NCBI GenBank assembly: GCA_965178125.1
Contig: OZ237774.1
Location: forward strand, 310,001-374,000
Direction: 5' to 3'
DNA: 64,000 nt
Source: Bilabrum cf. latius
Taxonomy: Eukaryota
Positions 40,882 to 54,175 of this stretch are shown piece by piece (position 1 is the stretch's first letter; each line of letters starts with the position of its first letter). Made by a program: the position numbers and the translations under genes. The notes beneath the pieces were generated by a model. The model was not told where the DNA came from and ran no database searches. It saw only the letters and a program-made list of their open reading frames with translations.

Positions 40882-42445
40882 AGCACTTAAGTTCCCGTGC
40901 GCGGATTTGCGAGGCAGCAAAGACAAGTGGTGGCAATCGAAAGAACTTATTTCGGACCTCGGCTAATTGTGTACCGATAAAGGCTGTATGGCTGGACCGT
41001 CACTTTGCTTAGCGGTTGTTTGCCTCATCTTCAACTCTTGGCTGAGCATTTTCTTGCTGATGAAAGGTAAACCCAAGGCTCGATGGATCCGCTTTGACCA
41101 GTAAAAAGATTTAAATCATTGTCTGCAGCCGTAGGCCGAACGGTTATTATTCAATTCAGTCCATGTATCCCTTCTTTGCTCGCCTGGTGAGATCGCTCAC
41201 AATTCCATCGTTCGTGTATCCCACCCGCGTGTGCATTGGCTTTTTCACGTGCCTCTACGCGAACTTTGCTGTCGTCATATAAGGCATGGGGTCGTGTGAG
41301 ACTGCCTTCACCTTCGCCTTGCCCAGCGAAAGAGTGCTGCTGAACGGTGGCGGCAGGCGCTTCTGATGATTGTTCAGCCGAGATCGGGCGGCATTCGGGT
41401 GGTACGGCACGGATGGCTTCTTCACGGCACCCGCACTGGTGACAGTCACGGTGCCTTTGCAGTGCGTGTCGGATGCAGCGCTGCGAGCAAAGCAAAAAGA
41501 GTGCAACTGTAATGTTGAGGGCATGCAGGCACAGATGCAAGCTACTTCCAAGCGGCCGTCTAGCAGACAAAGCCATATTGAAAGTTGTCTCACCTCTTCC
41601 TGAAAAGCTTCGGGGGATTCAATATGCTGCTGTGTGATCCGTACGCCTTTGATGCATCAAACTTGGGGGCTGATTTTTTCTTTTTGGCGCCCTTTGGCCT
41701 ACATGGCTTGGCAAAATACTGTCCATTAATCATAACTGTTCCCCTCGAGTGGTCGACACGCTTTCCGTGGCCTGGAGCTTTTCCCCCTTTGGCTGCTCCA
41801 CCCTTTGCTGCGCCGCTAGCAGGTCTTGACCTTCTGTCGTGTCCGCTGGCCGGGGCGGATCTCTCGGGGGCATCATGCATTTCTTCACCTTTACTTTCTT
41901 CGTGCGAAGCATCTGTGGCTCTGGCTCCTTCGCCTGCCTCCATAGTCAGCTTGCTAGTGCGCCGGGTTTCCGTTGCGTTTTTCGGTCTGGCGCCGTCGTG
42001 AAGTGCACGCTACCATGGAATCCGTTGTGATTGTCTTTAGGGGGCAATTTCGCAGCAACGCGTCAGCGAACCACCCATTTAATAATCATCAATTGATCTC
42101 GTTATACTCACAGAAAGGTTTTGTTTGTCTGCAATGGCATCAATCGCACTCGGTGGGGGAGATGCACTCGAACAAGAAATTGCTGCCGTCGAGGCGCGAC
42201 TCTCACAGGCTTTTACCTCGGGCCCCTACGGGTCTCTGGAAGCAACTGCTTAGAAACGTAAACTCAAGGCCAGGCAAGCCCCAGCTCCCGGGGGAGCAAG
42301 GAGTGCCGCGCAGAGGTTGCCGCGCAAAGCGAGGCGGCGCGGCGACGCAGCTGGGCGAGCAAGGCAGCCGTCCAGGTTACAGGAATCAGAAACGAAAGCG
42401 CGAGACGCGCCCCCTCCCATAGCAAGTAACGAAAGCCGAAGGGAC

Positions 42446-45400
42446 ATGTCAGAATCCTTCCTGCAGTCCAGACGACGATTCGATGCGTCAGCGAGCGGGC
42501 TGCCTGGAGTCGTCGATTCAATGCGCAAGTCGGGCCAGCAGCAGGCGAACATGCGCGCCTCTGGTACCGCTGGGACACGAAGCAATTTCGCTGCGGGGAT
42601 GCGTGGCACTGCAGGCTCGTCCACGGCGGCCTCCATGGCCTCTTTCGGCAGCAGCCAGCGTGGGGGAGGCATGGGCATGGGCATGGGCATGGGCGTAGGG
42701 GGTGGTGCCAGTGGTAGCGATCGGCTTGCGGCCACGGGACCCATGGTTGGTGTGCGTGGTAGTGTGACGAGTGCGGAGTATGGCGAAGGGGGCGGTGTGC
42801 GCCTAGACCAGCGAGGGGCGACGGTCGAGCTGGGAGCCATGCGAGGCAGGTTAAAGGGGCCTGGGGATGGGGATGGGGCCAACGGGGCGCATGGGGCCAA
42901 TGGGAGGAGCAGGGGTGGAACGGGGTACAGCAGCCTGCAGCGGTCACCGTCCAAGCTGCAGTCCGCGCTTGGTGTGACGAGTGCGAGCGGGCTTGGGTCC
43001 ACCGGTGCATCCAGCTCGGTCGGGAGCGGCACGCTGCGAACCTCGGGGCGAAGGTTCGGCCCGCTACCAGACGGCCCCAGCAACGACTCGGAGCCGGAAA
43101 CTATGGTAGGTGATGCGTTCGAACGTTCCTTCGGTTCTGGCGCCCCCAAGCCGCCGTCCCTGCGTGACATGAAGCCGATCGGGGCGGAGCTGGTGTACTC
43201 CAGAGGGGGCACCCCGGGGAACAGCAGGTCGGGGAGCAGGAGCAACTCGCCGGTGCAGGGGACCCAGGGAACAAGGGGTGGGGCCAGGCAGGGCTCTCTG
43301 CGCGGGAGTGCGAGCCAGCCCGCTCTGGGGGCCGGACATGGGGCAAGTGGTAGTGGCGGTGGCGGGGGTGGGGATGGGAATGGGGGTAATAGCAGGCGAC
43401 ACGCAGCGCGGTTGGCAGCGGCTGCGGGTGCTCGGTTGGCTCACGGCGACGGCGTGACGAGTGGGACGCTCGGGTCGCTGGGCGGGATGGGCTCCTCCAC
43501 CGGCTCGCTCGGTTTAGCCTCGTTGGACCGTGGTGTAGGTTCCGCAGGAGGGGGCGCCGCGCAATCCGGGGAACACGTGAGGCCGCTCCTCAGGTAGTCG
43601 CTTGCCTCGGGCACGTTCGATTCGGAACTTTCCCGGAAAATTCGCGCAGCGGCGCAAGCCGGATCGGCGGCCGCCGCGGCCACAGCCCGAGATACCTTGT
43701 TCCCTGGTAGCACGGGTGGGCAGATCGGTGCAAAAGATGGTACGGTGGGGCTACGGTAGGCCGCGGCGCAGGCGGAGCAGGAGCTGCCGCCGCGGTACCG
43801 CCGGGTGCTCGCGATGCGGCGCAGGTTCGAAACCCAGAAGGGGCGGCGGCAGGCCGAGGAACAGGCGGCAGCCGCCGAGGGTATGTTGGCGGGAGGCGGA
43901 GCAGAGCACGGATCGCACTCGTCACACCACCAGAGCGGCCTGGTGGGTCGGGCCCCGGGTTGGATCCGGAGGGGACAGGAAGTGCGGCTGGGGCTGGGGC
44001 GTTACGCCAAGGACCCGGAATCGTAGTAGGGTGCGGGGCCCGGACAGGGGGCCGCGAGCAAGGCTGGTGCAAGCGTGGGCGGTACTGCGGGCATGGGTGC
44101 AGGCACAGGAGGTGCCGTTGGCAGTGGCATGGGGTGGAGGCTGGAGGAACAGGCCGGTGCAGGCTCTTCCCATGGAGGCATGGGCGGCGGGGGCGCTTCA
44201 TTCACCAAGGCCTCCAAGTCAAAATCGAAGATGAAGATGACGAAGAAGAAGTCGATGGCAAGGATGGGCTCTGGGGGGTCCCGCGGGTCACCACATTCGA
44301 AGGATGGCAGCGGTACTGGCACTGGCAACAACGCCTCCGGGTCACGATCTCGACCCAAGAGCTACGGCAGGACACCGCAGAGCAAGGGTCCCGGAAGATC
44401 GAACGGTAAGGGCAGCAGACAATCCTCACACCTGCGGAGGCCCTCAAAGTCAGCAGCTGCTTCCGCTGGTGCTGCTGGTGCCGCTGCTCTCGAAGGGGGC
44501 GCTTCCGTGGATTCCCCTGGGCTGGCTGCCCGGCTCGGGATCTCGAGCAAGCCGAACTCAACGGCTATAGCGGCCTTCACCGATGCAATGACGTCACTGA
44601 GTGCGCCCGTGCCGATAGGAGGCGTAGACCGCAACGCCAAGGAATACCGCGTGCGGGGGTTCGATCCCGGGGCCTTTGCAGCGCAAGACGCCCGCGCTAT
44701 CAGGTGGCACATAGAGGACGCGGGTCGCGCCCTTCACGCCCTCCAGAAGCAGATGGCGGCGGCGGAGGGGGAGGCCGACGGCGGGCCGCCCTCTCGGTAC
44801 GAGATCCACGGGGGGCAGCGGCGGCGCCGCGCAGGAGGTTCCGCAGGGGGCGATGGTTCTGGCTCCGCCAACGGCAGCGACGAGGACGAGGACGAGGACC
44901 CGCTGACGATGGACGACGAAGAGCTCGCTGCGAAGAAGAAGAGAGACGCCCGGAAAGAGGCCATACTGGAGGCACAGGACGCGAGGGAGAAGAGGAGGGC
45001 GAAGCGGAGACCGACGGGTGCCAAAGCTGCGGTGCGAAGAGCAACGAGCGACGCCTTTGGGCTGGCGCCGCCGAAATCGCTCCTGGATCCGGAGATCACG
45101 GCGATGCTGGACGGGCTTCCCGCCGTGGGGGGCTCCGGGATTGTTCCCTCAGGGGCCTCTGGGGGGAGTTCGTCCAAGGGAAAGAGAAGGTTCCTTGGTG
45201 GTTCGCTGGGGGCTCGCAGGGACGGTGAGGGTGAGGAGGGGGGTGACGGGGAAGAGTTCGGTTTGGACGTGCTCGGGCCTGTGCCAGGCATACCCAGGGA
45301 ACAAGAAGAGGAGCAGGAAGAAATCAGGGCACAGGAAAGGAGGCGGCGAGGCAACCGCGGCACCGCGCGCTCGGACGCGTTGTCTGCGGAACCGGAGCCG

Positions 45401-45898
45401 GTGGGGCAGTGGGAGGGGCTCAAGCTGGTGGGCAGCACGCGGTCGGTGATGTCGGATAGTTCCGGTTTCGGTGCCGGTGACGGGGGGCAGGGACACGGGC
45501 TTGGGGAGGAGCGTGACTTGGTGGGCGAGGCCGGGGGCCTGCCCCGACTCACCAAGATCGGATCACTTCCCCCGCAGCTGAGGCCTAAGCGCACCCCCCT
45601 GCAACAGGAGCGCATGGTGGAGGGGCTTAAAGGCAGCAACCGCCCCCCCAAGCGCCAGAGCTGTGCCCTCTGCAACCATCCGTTCGCCGTGGTGAACCTG
45701 CCCACGCCTGTCACCAGAAAGGCAGTGTACGCCCTCTTGGATCAATGGGGGGCGCAGCCGGCAGGCGCGCCGCAGGCGGTCGCGCGGATGCGGCTGCCCC
45801 CCGCGTGCTATGAGCGGGTTAGGGTGTGTCGGCTGTGCACGCAGTTCTTTTAGGTGGTGGCCGATGAGATGATGGCGCCCACGCTGGACCCTAGGTGA
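42446..45898 (+). CDS. Gly/Ser/Ala-rich protein with C-terminal CxxC...CxxC (5 in-frame TAG; start uncertain)
   Basis: ORFs 42317-43597, 43805-44026 and 44075-45853 share a frame; first TGA at 45896. Confidence 0.6.
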
Positions 45899-46476
45899 GC
45901 GTGAGAGGGTGAGGGTGAGGGTGAAATTGGTTGGCGGCATTCGATTGGGTCGTGGATGCGCTGCTTGCGGTGCGACTAGCACCCTTGGCACTTCATGTTG
46001 TGTTGTTCTTTGTGGTTGAAGCATCCATTTGTTTTCCTTGCAACACCGTCCGGCACACATGCTCCGGTTTCCCTCGAGGCGCAGCGTCTGATTTAAATGC
46101 TGTAACGTGCACGTTGGCATGCCAAAAGCCGTTCCTTTCGACATTGTAGTGTTGGGGTAGTATATCGTAGTAAGCATGTGAGGAGTGAAATTATCGGTAC
46201 TTAATCTTTGCCAGAGGCTCGTTGGAACAGTGATATTGTTTGACTTGATGCCGGCACGTGAAAATGTCTGCTGTCGATCCGTTGGTCGAACTTCCTGGGT
46301 TTCCTTAGCTGTCAAGGATTCAGTTGTTCGTTGAAGCTTTAACTCTAAGTGCAATTCACATTTAAATATGACTTGAGAGCGCTTGGAGCTGTTGACATTT
46401 TCCCGCTTTCGAAAAATCCGGTCCGCCTAGAGCTTGCCTAATACATATCATTGCAGCCTAGTCCACGCTGCGTGAT

Positions 46477-48982
46477 ATGGCAATTGCGTCTGCTCAGTCA
46501 GCGATTCGACTAACGACAGGTATGGGCGCTGGTGGCGCGCCCAGCACCGCCATGGGCCTTCGCACGGGCCTTGGTACAGCGTCAGGCGCGGCATCGTTCG
46601 GCACCGTGGACGGGCAGGTGCCCGAGGGCAAGATGACGAGCACAGTGTACGGGCTGATCGCAAAGCAGGACTATGCAGAAGCAGCGCGAGTGCTCGTCAT
46701 CCAGCTGCAGCAGTTCCCTAGGTCCCGCGCTGGCTTGAGCCTGCTGGGCTACTGCTACTACCAGCTGCAGGACTTCAGGAGCGCGGCACAGACCTACGAG
46801 CAGCTCTGCACGTTTTACCCAGGCGTGGAGGAGTACTCCATGTATTACGCGCAGTCGCTGCACAAGGCAGGGCTGTACTAGGACGCTTCCAGGGCCGCTT
46901 CCAGGGTGGAGGGGGAGGACACGGAGCAGCGCGTGCGGCTGCTGCAGGCCAGCATCAAGTGAGTGCAGTGCAATGCAATGCACCGCGCATGCGTCGCGGT
47001 GCATCGTATTCTTGATGTGATGTGGCTGCTGTCCGTCATTTTTGCCATGCGCGTGCTTGCTTTCCTCTTCAATGCACATCGCCCGCAGGTATGACGAGGA
47101 GGACGTGGAAGGGTGCAGGGCACTGTTGAGCAGACTGGACGCCACGGATCCCGACCCGATGGTCATGCACGCCTGTCTTGAAGTCAAGGCCGGCAACTAT
47201 GACGAGGCGCTCGAGAAGTTCACCGCGGCCGAAGAGGCACTGGGACAGGCGCCCTACCTCTCGTACAACATGGCACTGTGCAGGTACCACAAGGGAGAGT
47301 GGACAAAGGCGGTGGGAGAGGTGTCCAAAGTCATCGACAGGGCAGTCACTGAGCACCCGGAGCTTTCCGTGGGCTCTTTCACTGATGGGATCGAGACACG
47401 GTCCGTTGGAAACACGCAGACTCTTCGGGAAACTGCCCTCGTGGAGGCCTTCAACCTCAAGGCCGCGATCGAGTGGCAGATGGACAACAAGATCGCGGCC
47501 AAGGAGGCCCTCACCGACATGCCGCCGCGATCCGAAGAGGAACTCGACCCCGTAACCCTTCACAACACCGCACTCGTCAGCGCGGCAGAGGACCCCCAGC
47601 AAGCCTTCAGGAAGCTCAACTACCTGCTGCAAGCCGCACCCTTCCCCCCGGAGACCTTCGCAAACCTCCTTGTTCTCTACCTCCAGCACCAGCTGGTGAA
47701 CCTGGCGGCGGACGTGTTGGCTGAGAACGCGCACCTTACCTTCAAATACCTGACCAAGGAACTGTACGAGTTCCTGGATGCTGCCGTGCTGGCTACATCC
47801 AGCCCGGAGGAGGCCTACCGCCGGTTGGACATCCTCTCCGCCCAACACGTGGACGGTCTCCGCAGACACACCAAGGGGATCCAGGATGCGAGGCTGAAGC
47901 GGGATAATGGTGCCATCAAGGCCGCTCTGCAGCTGTACGACGATGCACTGGACAAGTACATCCCCGTGCTGATGCGGATGGCAGCCATCTACTGGGACAG
48001 GCAGCACTACGCCATGGTGGAGAAGATCTTCAGGCAGTCAGCCGAGTTTTGCTCAGAGCACCCCGTTTGGAGGCAGAACGTGGCGCACGTGTTCTTCTAG
48101 CAGGGCAAGTACCAGGACGCGATCCGGTACTATGCTCCCATGGTGGAGCGACACCTTGAGGCGGAGAGGGCGGGGGCAGGCGCGGTGGCCGGCGAGGGGC
48201 TGCTGAGCGTGCAGGCAATCCTGGTTGCGAATCTGTGCGTGTCATACATCATGACGTCGCAGAACCAGAGGGCAGAAGACATCATGACGGCCGTGGAATC
48301 GGCGGAGAAGGAGTGGGCGGCCAGCCATGCGGACGCTGTGGGCGGGGGTGCAGCGGGGGGCGGGCCCGTGGTGGCTGGGCCCGGGGCCATGGCGGGAGGG
48401 GGCAGCGGGGGGGAGAGGCCGTACCACCTGTGCATCATCAACCTCGTCATCGGCACGCTGTACTGCTCCAAGGGGAACTACGCATTTGGATTGTAGCGTG
48501 TCATTTCCTCGTTGCAGCCATACGACCAGAAGCTGGGCCCCGATACGTGGCACTATGCCAAGCGATGCTTCATGGGCCTGGCGGAGAGCGCCGCGAAGCA
48601 CATGGCCCTTCTTGACGACGAACTTCATGCGCAGATCGTTGAATTTCTCGTGGCAGCGGAAGAGGCGGGGGCAGGGGTGCAGGCAGCTCTGCCTCAGGAG
48701 CAGAAGGCCGAGGAGGCAGCCGCTGCGGCGGAGGGCATGGTGGCTATCGGGGCAGATGGGTCGGCGACGGGAGCCGGTGCTGCTGGGGGCGCGGGGATGG
48801 GGGGCGGGCTCGAGATGGAGTCGAAAGAGGACGGAGAAGAGGAGGATGGGGCGGCGGCTCTGCTGGCGGCTGCCGAGGCGGAGGCTGCTGCGGGTGCCGG
48901 TGGGCTGGGGGCCAAGGGCAGGACGGTGGCGCAGGAAGCGAGGATGCTCCGGATGCTTTTCTTGAAGCTGAGGGAGGGGTGA
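46477..48982 (+). CDS. IFT70: Intraflagellar transport protein IFT70/TTC30 (intron 46959-47088; TAG at 46879, 48098, 48494)
   Basis: RSRAGLSLLGYCYY, LVEAFNLKAAIE, DMPPRSEEELDPVTLHN, PFPPETFANLL, YHLCIINLVIGTLYC; GT-AG intron restores SIKYDE. Confidence 0.95.
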
Positions 48983-49280
48983 TTGGATGCTCTGATGGCG
49001 TGTGGTAGCGTGGCATTGGAGGCCTGGCGGTGGTGCATGCGTTTTGAGCTGATTTCGTGCGAATTTGTTTGAAGCTAAGTGTGGCAAGCCACATTGAGTG
49101 TAGGAGCCGGCCAGCTGGTCCCGATACACACGCGAAGAGCTAAATGGATGGAATGGCACCGGGAAATATTATCTTCCGGCAAGTTGGTTGCGACCGGCAA
49201 TCGCACCTCGCCATTACCGCGTTTGCTGTTTGCACGCACCTGTGTATTCTAATCCAGGATACATCCAGCCAGTCACCCGG

Positions 49281-52121
49281 ATGAAGTCTTCCACAGGAAA
49301 GAGACGTAAGAGTACTTCAAAGTGTGCGTGCGTTGCATGTGCTGCAAACAAGAGAAAATGCAGTGGGGAGCGTCCGTGCGGTCGGTGCGCTCGTCTGAAC
49401 ATTCCTTGTGTCGACAAGCTGGACAAGCGAAGCCGAGCTTACAAGGAGAAAATGGCCAAAGAGAATACGGCTATTGTATCCGTGGTGCAGCCCACGGGCA
49501 AGTTCAAGCGCAAGATTCCATCGAAGGGTGCCATGGCTGTTGCGTCGCTACTGAATGGAAGACCAGAAGAGCTGCCCATCGCACCTGAAACGTAGAAAAC
49601 AGCACTGAACTCACAATCCAGGATAGTATCGAGTAAACCTTCGATTGAATTGGAGCAGCTGGAAGGCGCAGCCGCTCTATTTACGCTCGCAACCGACCGA
49701 ATATCGTAGTCGCAGCGCTGCGAGCCGGCGGAATTGCTTGCGACCAGTCCAGCGGCCATGTCCCTGAATCGCGACTACGTGGCTCGCTACCACGGGAACA
49801 TTCAGCCGAAGCCGAGTGCTGCCACTGGCCTGGTGGGCGGGTTATCATCCGATTCATCATCATCTTCAGGCCGCGACCAGAGTAGCGGCGCGGTTAGTGC
49901 CGCTTCGCAATCTGCACTTGGTACTCAGAACTGCACACAGGAAAGCAATGCTGTGCTTGGATCGCATGATTGCAGCATATCGCCCAATGGCATCGGCTTG
50001 CAGGCGAGTCTTGGGCAAGTGCTCCGTGCTGCCTCGCCCGGCTCTGCCCTCCGAGCCTCGGCCCACGCGTTCGGGGTGGCGCAGCCAGTCATGGCTTCTT
50101 CATCTTCATCTTCATCTTCATCTTCATCTTCATCTTCATCTTGTACAGCTGGCTCTAGGGCTGTATCCGGGCATTTTGGTGGGTCTCGGCGGCCATTCGG
50201 ATCCGGAGCACCTCTGGCATCTGCTGGGGCATCAGGCCAGTCCTGGCCATCGGCGCGGGCCACTGGGGGCGGGGTCAGTGCGGGGTCTCACGCGAACAGT
50301 GGTACATCTGATGGTGCCCGTGCTCACTCGTCACCAACTGCGGGGGAATCACACTCGTCACCACACAGTTCCTCCGTGGGCTCCGCCTCCACATCGCCGT
50401 CCGTGGTGTCAACGGCATCATCGCCCCAGTCGGGTGGCACGGAGGTGCATCAGACTGCAGCGATCACGCCCACGGGCATGTTGGCTAGTGGGTATGCTTG
50501 CCGGGTTGACAGCAGTGACAGCCTTTCGATCCTCAGTGCAGAGCTGAGCGATTTCACAGACGAGCCAGGTGCCGGTGCCCTCGGCAGCGTTCAGGCCCCC
50601 ATGGATTCCGATTCCGAGTCCGAGTCCATCGATGGCCCTCTTCCGGATTCACTAGCCGGTGGTAGCCGCGGCATCGAGCAACAACGGATGAACGCGACCC
50701 AGTCGTCTGGTGGAGAAACGTCGGCCAGTCGTAGGCGCAGTCAGGCGTGCGTGGGCAGCGCGGATGCTTGTCACGGTGCAGCTGATTTTAGGGAGGAGAT
50801 CCACGAGATCCTGTCGAGGCGGCCCATTCGCGCCCTGGCCCCGGCACCGGTCACTCGTCACACCGATAGCAAGGGCACAGCTATGTGCGAGTACCGGCCG
50901 GGGTGCACGCGTCCCGACTTTGCCCACTTTTTCGTGTGGCGGGGCACCGAGTGGATCTGGTCGTCAGAGAGGGTTTGCGCCGCTTTGACCAGGTGGGTAT
51001 TTGACCCGTCGGTGCAGGGTATCGCGGTGCAAGGGGATAAAAGGGTGTTGCTGGGCGGCGGGGTTGCTGGTCAATCGGCCATGGTCGGCGACGATGATGC
51101 CGGCCACTGCGGTGCTCAGGGTGCATCGAATTACGGCGCGATAGGATCGTCCCGTCTTGCCATGCAGTCATTGCACGACCTCAGGTGCGCTGAATCTATT
51201 TCTGATTCCGATCTGCCTACCTGCCGGGCGGTGTACGACACGCGCACGATGGAGTTTAGGGTGGGTGTCATCAACGCCGCCGGCCAGCGTGTGCTGAACA
51301 TGGACGACGACGTGCGGACCCTGGAAGAGGACGGAATCATTTCGACTCCGAGTGATCTGCCCGACCACGCCGCGCTCGGCTCGGCCATGTTCGTCAGCGC
51401 TTTGCTGCTTAGGGAGGAAACGATGGTGCTGCCCGGCTCCTGTATCCGCTACTGCTTCGCTTCGGATGCAAAGAAGGACTGCATCAAGGCTCAGCTCGGG
51501 TTCCGCATCATGGCGCGGCGCCGCGCACTGATGGGTCATCGGCCTGCGGAACCGGTGGAGCAGCTCCGGCTGGACCGTGCCATCGAACTCGTGCGAACGT
51601 TCATCGGGGAGCGGGTCCTGTGCCACGCGATCCGCAACCGCATGTCTATTCGCATCGAGTGGGATGGGACTGTCCCCCGTGCAGTGCAGTACACCTTCTA
51701 CCCGGTAGACCGCGTGCTGAGCGAGAGTGAGGTCAGAGATGTTCCGCAACCGGCGCCGCGCATCGCGCCGGGCGACCTGTGGGCGGCCATCGACGGCTGC
51801 CTGGGCCCGGGCTGGCACGGGCGGGCGCTCTCGGGCGAAGACGGCAGGGAGATTGACGGCCTTGCTCTGCTCTGCCTGGGGCGGATGTGGAGAGAGACAA
51901 CGTCGCGGGTGAAGGAAACGCCTGCTTGGTACAGATCCGGGCTGCAGGAAAGTTGGGGGCTGGCAGGCACAAGAGCCGGGCAAGCTGATGCGCTCGGTGC
52001 GGGTGGTGCGGATGGTGCGGATGGTGCTGATGGGTATCTTCCGGAGCCAGTATGTCCACCCGTGCGGCTTGCAAGCCATGCCAGTCAGTCCAGCACTACC
52101 ATTGCCAGCGCCAGCGCAATA

Positions 52122-52152
<31 letters not shown>

Positions 52153-53042
52153 GCAGCAGTAGCACAAGCAGCAGCAGCAGCAGCAGCAGCATGGCTGCAG
52201 CAGACCGTATCCCTATCGCCCGCAGCCCGCAATTGCTGCAATCTGCCAGCAGATCCAAGCATGAATTGGTTTCAACCTGGGGTGCACAAGAGAGGGAAAA
52301 ATCCTTCAAGTTGGATGTGGCCTGGTCAGGGTCAGGGTCAGGGCCAGGGCCAGGGCCAGGGTCTGGGGGTAAGGACGGGGGCGGCAGCGGCCCAGGTTTG
52401 GGTGCCAAGCGGAAGAGGCGCGATGTGTGTGACGAGTGGGACGGGCGTGGCGACGAGGAGAATACAATGTCTCTACCGAGTGATGGGGCATCGCACTCAT
52501 CACACCCGAAACACTCGTCACACGGCACCGGCATGCGCGTGTCGCTGTCCCGCATCGACAGGCATGCCAAGAGGCTCCGAGTTGAGATGCAAGCAGCGCA
52601 GCGCAGAACCGCACCGGCTAGCACTGCTTTGGATGGAAGTGGTAGCACCCGTTTGGTGGAGGAGATCGGGGCTTCAGGCGGTTCGAGCACGGGAACTGGA
52701 GCAATATCCACGGAGGAGGGCGGTGAGGGTGGGGGCAACCAGAGCCAGGCAAGCGTGGAGGGCGGGGGTGAGGGTGGGGTAGGTGAAAATATGGGTAGCA
52801 TTGAGCCAGGGGAGCTGCAATGCGATGCACCTCCGTCTATTCCCCCGGACATGCTGCGCCTGGCCGAAGGTTCGTCGGGTTCGTCGAGGGCCAGCGCTGC
52901 CTTTGGGGAGCGAGGGGTGCTGCGGGTGTGCGATCTGGGTGAGTTCGCAGAGGAGTTTGAAAAGGCAGACGCGCCAAAGGGAGGGCCTCTTCGTGAGTTC
53001 GAGAGGTGGGTGCATGGGCGGATTGGGGGATGCGAATTGTGA
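49281..53042 (+). CDS. Zn(II)2Cys6 binuclear-cluster transcription factor-like protein (2 in-frame TAG)
   Basis: ACVACAANKRKCSGERPCGRCARLNIPC; same frame as the 1102-aa ORF; Ser tracts from (TCTTCA)n and (AGC)n. Confidence 0.75.
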
Positions 53043-53127
53043 GGCATTTAAGATGTAGCTCCGGTCGGATTTCCGGTCTGGGTGGTGAATCCGGGGAAGA
53101 CTTGTGGATCTATCAGCAACCGCGGTC

Positions 53128-53973
53128 ATGTCTAAGCAAAGTGTCGAGCCGTTGTATGCTCAGGCAGAGCGAGCTGTAGACTATCGGTTCGTTGGCACTT
53201 TGAGCGCACGCTTTATCGATGACCTGCTGGCCCAGACGCACACCAGGTCCAATTGGATCAGAAGCTTATCACTAGAAGCTGACTATGTGGAATCCGGTTC
53301 CTGCGCGAAGCTCGTTAACATTCTTTTGCAATGTACCGCACTTGAATCCGTGTGCATTTCAATCCGAAAAAACGTGTGGATAGACTGGTAGGTTGGCCGG
53401 ATGATTTCAGCGTGTCGCATGCTTCGATCGCTGTAGATCTAGCGGCTTCCAACAACACATGAGCCCGAACTGCATTGGAGGAAGTTACGTACGGAGCCCT
53501 CACGTAGTATTTTCGATTGTCATGAGGCGAAGCTCATCTCACGGGAGCAGCAACTGGCGCCGCGCGATCTATCGCGCGACGCTCTCAAATCAATCGCAGA
53601 TGCTCTCAAAAATAACCATCGGCTTCTAGAATTGAAACTACCATGGGATGCTGTAGAGTAGGATGACGTTGCAGCGATCCGGGACGCGACATCGATCAGT
53701 CGCAAAGTTCTGGAGAATCGTAGGCGTTCCGCCGCACTGCAGCAAATACTGAACTTCAGACGGGCCTATGCTGCGCAGCGGGACGCACGTATACTGTGCG
53801 TGAGTGCAGCCGAAGGACGACCGCTAGAGCTAGCCAAACGCCTCAGATTAGGGGCGTTAGCAGGAGGTTTGAAGAAGAAGAAGAACGGAATGACGGCGCT
53901 GGAGGCCGCCGCTGCAGGCGGCCACACGGAATGCGTGCAGCAGATTCTTAAGTTCATGGAAAGGGAACACTGA
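53128..53973 (+). CDS. LRR-like + ankyrin-repeat protein (4 in-frame TAG)
   Basis: IRSLSL, LESVCI and LLELKL segments; NGMTALEAAAAGGHTECVQQIL; homologous to 245-874. Confidence 0.65.
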
Positions 53974-54175
53974 ATCAATCCGCACTGCTACTTAAGCGTG
54001 GCGTAGTTGCGTGTCCATCGTGATGTAGTGGCGTTTGATGAGGCTCTGGATAGGCAGCCACTTTTGGCAGCGACTAATTGTGGCGTGGGAACAATCATCA
54101 TGATACTGATCACGCCCAGATCAATTCAGGCCAACACCAACATGCATCGTGCAAATGCACCTTACATGATTCGCA

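Noticed and set aside
41151-42422. Short overlapping ORFs here and at 1000-2140 and 58270-59572
   Set aside because: No recognisable motifs and no gene model I could resolve by eye; many are GC-rich shadow frames
46477-48982. IFT70 and other host genes as pseudogenes
   Set aside because: Interruptions are exclusively TAG, with no frameshifts or internal TAA/TGA and intact conserved motifs; decay would not be codon-specific
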